In this document: positions 62,001-64,000 of the stretch, piece by piece
How the letters are laid out: each line of letters starts with the position of its first letter
Position numbering within the stretch: position 1 is the stretch's first letter
Origin: Ophelia neglecta
Lineage: Eukaryota
Length of the DNA stretch: 64,000 nt
Assembly (NCBI GenBank): GCA_965285935.1
Contig: OZ260667.1
Coordinates: 55,304,001 to 55,368,000, forward strand
Direction of reading: 5' to 3'
Notes under the pieces: generated by a model
What the model saw: only the letters and a program-made list of their open reading frames with translations
Told to the model about the DNA's origin: nothing
Databases searched by the model: none
Made by a program: the position numbers and the translations under genes

Positions 62001-64000
62001 GTTCCCAGATCCCCAGCACACTTCCTGTTCCTATATTAGCCCCTGCTCAGCCCCATACTCACTGGGCTAGTCGTGTTCCCAGATCCCCAGCACACTTCCT
62101 GTTCCTATATTAGCCCCTGCTCAGCCCCATACTCACTGGGCTAGTCGTGTTCCCAGATCCCCAGCACACTTCCTGTTCCTATATTAGTCCCTGCTCAGCC
62201 CCATACTCACTGGGCTGGTCGTATTCCCAGATCAGCCCCTGCTCAGCCCCATACTCACTGGGCTAGTCGTGTTCCCAGATCCCCTGCATACTTCCGGAGG
62301 CCTGACAGGTCTAAATACTCAGTCACTAGCATGGCTCCTCCAATGGGATTGTCCAACACCTGCATACCATGTAAAATAATACAATTAATGAACTCTCTCC
62401 ATATTTATATTCACAGTATTGTTTACTACCTTTAGTTCATAGGCATTAATATTTGCTTATTTTCACATGGAGCATATCTGAAGCTGTTTAATAATGCATT
62501 CTGTGTCTGGCGATGAATATCTTCGGATTTTTGTGTAGTTGTGAAAATGAGTCTGAAAAGTAGTAAAGATTTAAATCCTAGCGTAGGTGGAGAGTGCTAA
62601 TACCAAATAAAGCTAGGACCTTGCAGAGGTAAACAGTGGTACAACTATTCACAACACTATACTAAGATGGTGGGTGACAAGGCCACGCTTAAAAATATTC
62701 TCTTTGCGGGTAACAGGCCCCCAAAAAATCCATAAGGTCGGTAGGAAATAATTTTTTTTTATGAGTGGGGTGGCAGCACTTCCTATATTCCATATTAAAG
62801 CAAATATAACATGATAAGTAACTGAGAGACGAGGGGGTTTATGGGTATGTCATCATTGTTCGTTTAAAAAACTTCTTATGTTGCATCAGATGTTCGAATA
62901 TAACCCGTGAAAACATCAAAAAAAAAACACAAGGAAAAAAGCGTCCTTCGCCATCATTTTGCAGTCGTCTCCCGCCATCATTTTGTCAGTCGACTGATCG
63001 GCAAACTGCGTCTATTCATATTACACGGCGAGTACTACCGAAGTTTACCGAACACCGTTGGAATCCCAAACATTCTTTGGCAATAAATTTTTGTGCTGCA
63101 AAAGAATCTTGACATTAGATCTAATAGTCCAAACTGTAAATTAGCAGCAAGCATTCAAGTGGGAAGATGGGTGAATTGCGGCTTTGCTCACAGCGAGCGG
63201 CAATATAATTGAAGTAGTATGAGTTTTGCTAACTGCAGTTCTGTTTTCCCAATCGGGGGAGCCGAACAAGCCTAGCCATATCTTTACTGGTAGACTTCGT
63301 ATCGTCAAAATTACATCATTTCAAGGACGATTTGAGCTTGAAAATGTTTTTTTCTGAATCGAAAAAAATTATGTCTATGCAGGAGGTTTGGACACCATAC
63401 GGCTGGGTTACCCGCAACGAGAATATTTTTAAGACTGGCCCAATTTAACGCTCCAAATCCACAATAGATTGATGGGGAGCAGTTCCCGCCATATTTTCAG
63501 GGGCAAAAACCGCTCTCGAAATAATTCCCTATCCAGCCTGGTTGACAGAGTACCCTCTATGCTACTTAACTATATCCTGTATACTACTTAATGCTCCAAC
63601 TTATCTGTGAGTATGGTGAAAGTGCAATAAAAGAAGCAGTATTATAGGTAGTGGCATAGTTATGTACTTGATAAGTGAAGTAAAATTGGAATCAGTAATT
63701 CGCTGAAGAACACAAGTTAATTTGTTATAAAACAAAGCCCTTGAAGCCAATGTGTAGGCTGCAGCCCCCCCCCCCCCCTGCATAAATACAAACTTATCTC
63801 TTCCTTCGAGACTTGTATTGAAAAGCTTACAGTGGATGCTCTTCTTCTTCCGTGTCAGGGAAAATGAGAAATTAATATAGAAAATATATGTTTTAAACCA
63901 CTATAAACATAAGAATTTATTTCTTACCATGATGGGTTTGGGACACCAGACTGTGTCTGTCTTATACATGGCTTCCAAGCTGGCAAATTCTCCATCAAAC
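50077..64000 (-). CDS. FN3KRP: Ketosamine-3-kinase / FN3K-related protein, conserved copy; 5' end lies beyond the window
   Basis: Exons (minus strand): >64000-63928 ([24 protein letters not shown]), 62259-62359 ([24 protein letters not shown]), 55566-55734 ([16 protein letters not shown]), 55090-55143, 54416-54557 ([12 protein letters not shown]), 53717-53891 ([34 protein letters not shown]), 50077-50149 ([24 protein letters not shown]). All introns are GT-AG with consistent phases, at the same positions as in paralogs A/B. Confidence 0.93.
50152..50432. repeat. 147-bp tandem duplication abutting the last acceptor site
   Basis: TCCTTATGAATTCATAACTTTTCTG at 50171 and 50318; two near-identical copies. 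Confidence 0.9.
50447..50645. repeat. 11-bp minisatellite (ACTAGTGTGAC-like, semi-palindromic)
   Basis: Repeated CACTAGTGTG/GTGTCACTA motifs. Confidence 0.75.
52193..53734 (-). repeat. 37-bp tandem array (~40 copies) derived from the FN3K exon 7/intron 7 donor junction
   Basis: Sense unit TACTATCTTCACCACTACCTTAACCACTG|GTTTGTAC. The real junction at 53717/53716 reads CTCTTCCACTACCTTAACCACTG|GTTTGTAC. Confidence 0.95.
55985..62295 (-). repeat. 74-bp/48-bp tandem array (~6.3 kb, roughly 90 units) derived from the FN3K exon 3/intron 3 donor junction
   Basis: Sense unit GGAAGTATGCAGGGGATCTGGGAACACGACTAGCCCA|GTGAGTATGGGGCTGAGCAGGGGCTAATATAGGAACA. The first 37 nt are identical to the end of exon 62259-62359. 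Confidence 0.97.
62681..63440. mobile_element. 760-bp PIF/Harbinger-like non-autonomous transposon in FN3K intron 2
   Basis: TIR GGCCACGCTTAAAAATATTCTCTTTGCGGGTAAC / GTTACCCGCAACGAGAATATTTTTAAGACTGGCC, flanked by a CAA 3-bp duplication. Confidence 0.85.

Noticed and set aside
55985-62258. Array of mutually exclusive or alternative mini-exons (Dscam-like), or recursive splice sites
   Set aside because: Monomers are purine-rich with no polypyrimidine tract before their AGs, there is no AG|GT ratchet motif at the donors, and read-through hits TGA immediately.

Overview
AT-rich animal genomic DNA, probably a lophotrochozoan or other marine invertebrate (inferred from spliced genes, SINE types and TE content). 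The window holds a minus-strand fructosamine/ketosamine-3-kinase (FN3K/FN3KRP) cluster. A conserved copy lies at the right edge (exons 2-8, 50077 to beyond 64000). Two intact, divergent 8-exon paralogs (2783-6652 and 10693-14619) arose from a ~5.5-kb tandem segmental duplication with a ~7.9-kb offset. Between the cluster members are two intronless class A GPCR ORFs, several satellites, and decayed mobile elements (LINEs, BEL/Pao, DIRS/Ngaro, SINEs, MITEs). The most striking feature is in the conserved FN3K copy: two introns are largely filled by tandem arrays whose monomer is a copy of that intron's own exon-end/5' splice-donor junction. One array is ~40 x 37 bp; the other is roughly 90 units of 74/48 bp with higher-order structure. 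Together they place well over a hundred intact decoy donors in the pre-mRNA, and use of any of them leads to a premature stop. A third duplication abuts the last acceptor. All exon coordinates were derived by hand, and copy numbers are estimates.
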